DNA from: Hormiphora californensis
Taxonomy: Eukaryota > Animalia > Ctenophora
Assembly (NCBI GenBank): GCA_020137815.1
Contig: CM035360.1
Span: forward strand, 2,418,001 to 2,482,000
Reading direction: 5' to 3'
DNA length: 64,000 nt
Numbering within the stretch: position 1 is the first letter of the stretch; each line of letters opens with the position of its first letter. Positions 63,035 to 64,000 of the stretch are shown here, piece by piece. The translations under genes and the position numbers were made by a program. The notes under the pieces were generated by a model. The model saw nothing but the letters and a program-made list of their open reading frames with translations, searched no databases and was not told the origin of the DNA.

Positions 63035-64000
63035 AGCCCTTTTTCCCCCCCTTTTTTCTCTCTCTCCTTCTCTCTATCCTTCTCTCTTTTTCTTTTTTCT
63101 CCCTCTCTTTTCCCCTCTCTTTTTTTTCTTTTCTTTTTTCTTTTGCTATGTGTTTGGGTATTCCTGCTTTTGGGTTTTCATCAGACCGTTTGGGCCCCCT
63201 TCAAGAGCCTTGGGGTGGGGGGGGGGGCTCTAAAGCTTTTTCAATTTGCATCAACCCATTTGGGGGGAGAAAGAAAGAAAGAGTTGAGGAGGGGAGAATA
63301 TAAAGAAAAGAAAAAAAAAGGGATGGAAAAAAAAGGGGGGGGGGAAAAAGGGGGGGGGGGGGAAAAAACCCCCCTCTCTTTTTTTCCCCTTTCTTTAAAA
63401 AACTCATTTTTTTTTAAAAAAACCTCGTTTAGAGTGCTTAATAAACACCACCAGCATGACATGTGATAATTGTAATCCCCCCCACATGATGATTTTCTGT
63501 ACGATCACTCCTTGACATGTCTGACACGTACCCCCTGTCAGAGCACCACGGCGTCTGACACGTACCCCTATGTTAGACCCCTATGTGCTGGATCCAGTAC
63601 TGGTCGCAGTGTGCTGTCTTCTACTATACCAGGCACTATGTCAAAGCTTCTCAGCTATGATTCTCTCCAGTCATCCTGTCTGGCAGCGCGAAACAGTAGA
63701 CCTCCGGAGGTTATGGGTTGGGAGACATGGTTGTGGGTTTCCGGTAAATTCAAAAATCATATTCTTCCTTGAGCACGCAGCGTTCCTCTGTGTTCTCTGA
63801 AGGGGGGGGGGGCGCTACACAGCCAGTTTTCTATATTCGTGACCGGTTCAACGCCAAGAATTTAAAATTAAAAGACGCTATTTTAAAAGCTAAAATTAAA
63901 GATGTTTATAAAACATCAGAAATGTTATAACACGTCGCCAAGATCAAAAACATGAACATCAATCATGCACGTACAATCTGGCCTCACTGGCCTTCCAATA

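Noticed and set aside
62289-63800. Minus-strand exon-like fragments near the window end
   Set aside because: Interrupted by stops and frameshifts, flank a low-quality block, and no family recognised.

Overview
Repeat-rich eukaryotic (animal) genomic DNA with GT-AG introns, dense (CT)n/(GA)n microsatellites and many small DNA-transposon derivatives. Gene content and repeat families suggest a ctenophore, possibly Pleurobrachia (from memory, not verified). Supported genes, left to right: intronless CD36/LIMP-2 scavenger receptor (+); multi-exon TFIIS-M + SPOC protein, PHF3/DIDO1-like (+); a dual-specificity phosphatase whose exon carries an 833-bp hAT-like insertion, followed by a second, frameshifted DUSP domain (+); a long Pro/Glu-rich protein (-); an LDLa-repeat class A GPCR (-); tRNA-Asp(GTC); a Vac8-like armadillo-repeat gene (+); and SoxC (+). 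There is also a LINE with an intact APE-RT ORF. The most notable theme is turnover of splice signals: (i) the hAT-like element could be spliced out in frame using a donor from its TIR and an acceptor from its TSD (introner-like); (ii) a ~20-nt cassette CTAGTTAAAGTAACAATCTC sits just before the 3' splice site in four introns of two unrelated genes; (iii) several splice junctions are locally duplicated. Exon structures were read by eye without transcripts, and several stretches (about 49.9-50.7, 52.9-54.5 and 62.9-63.4 kb) look like low-quality sequence.
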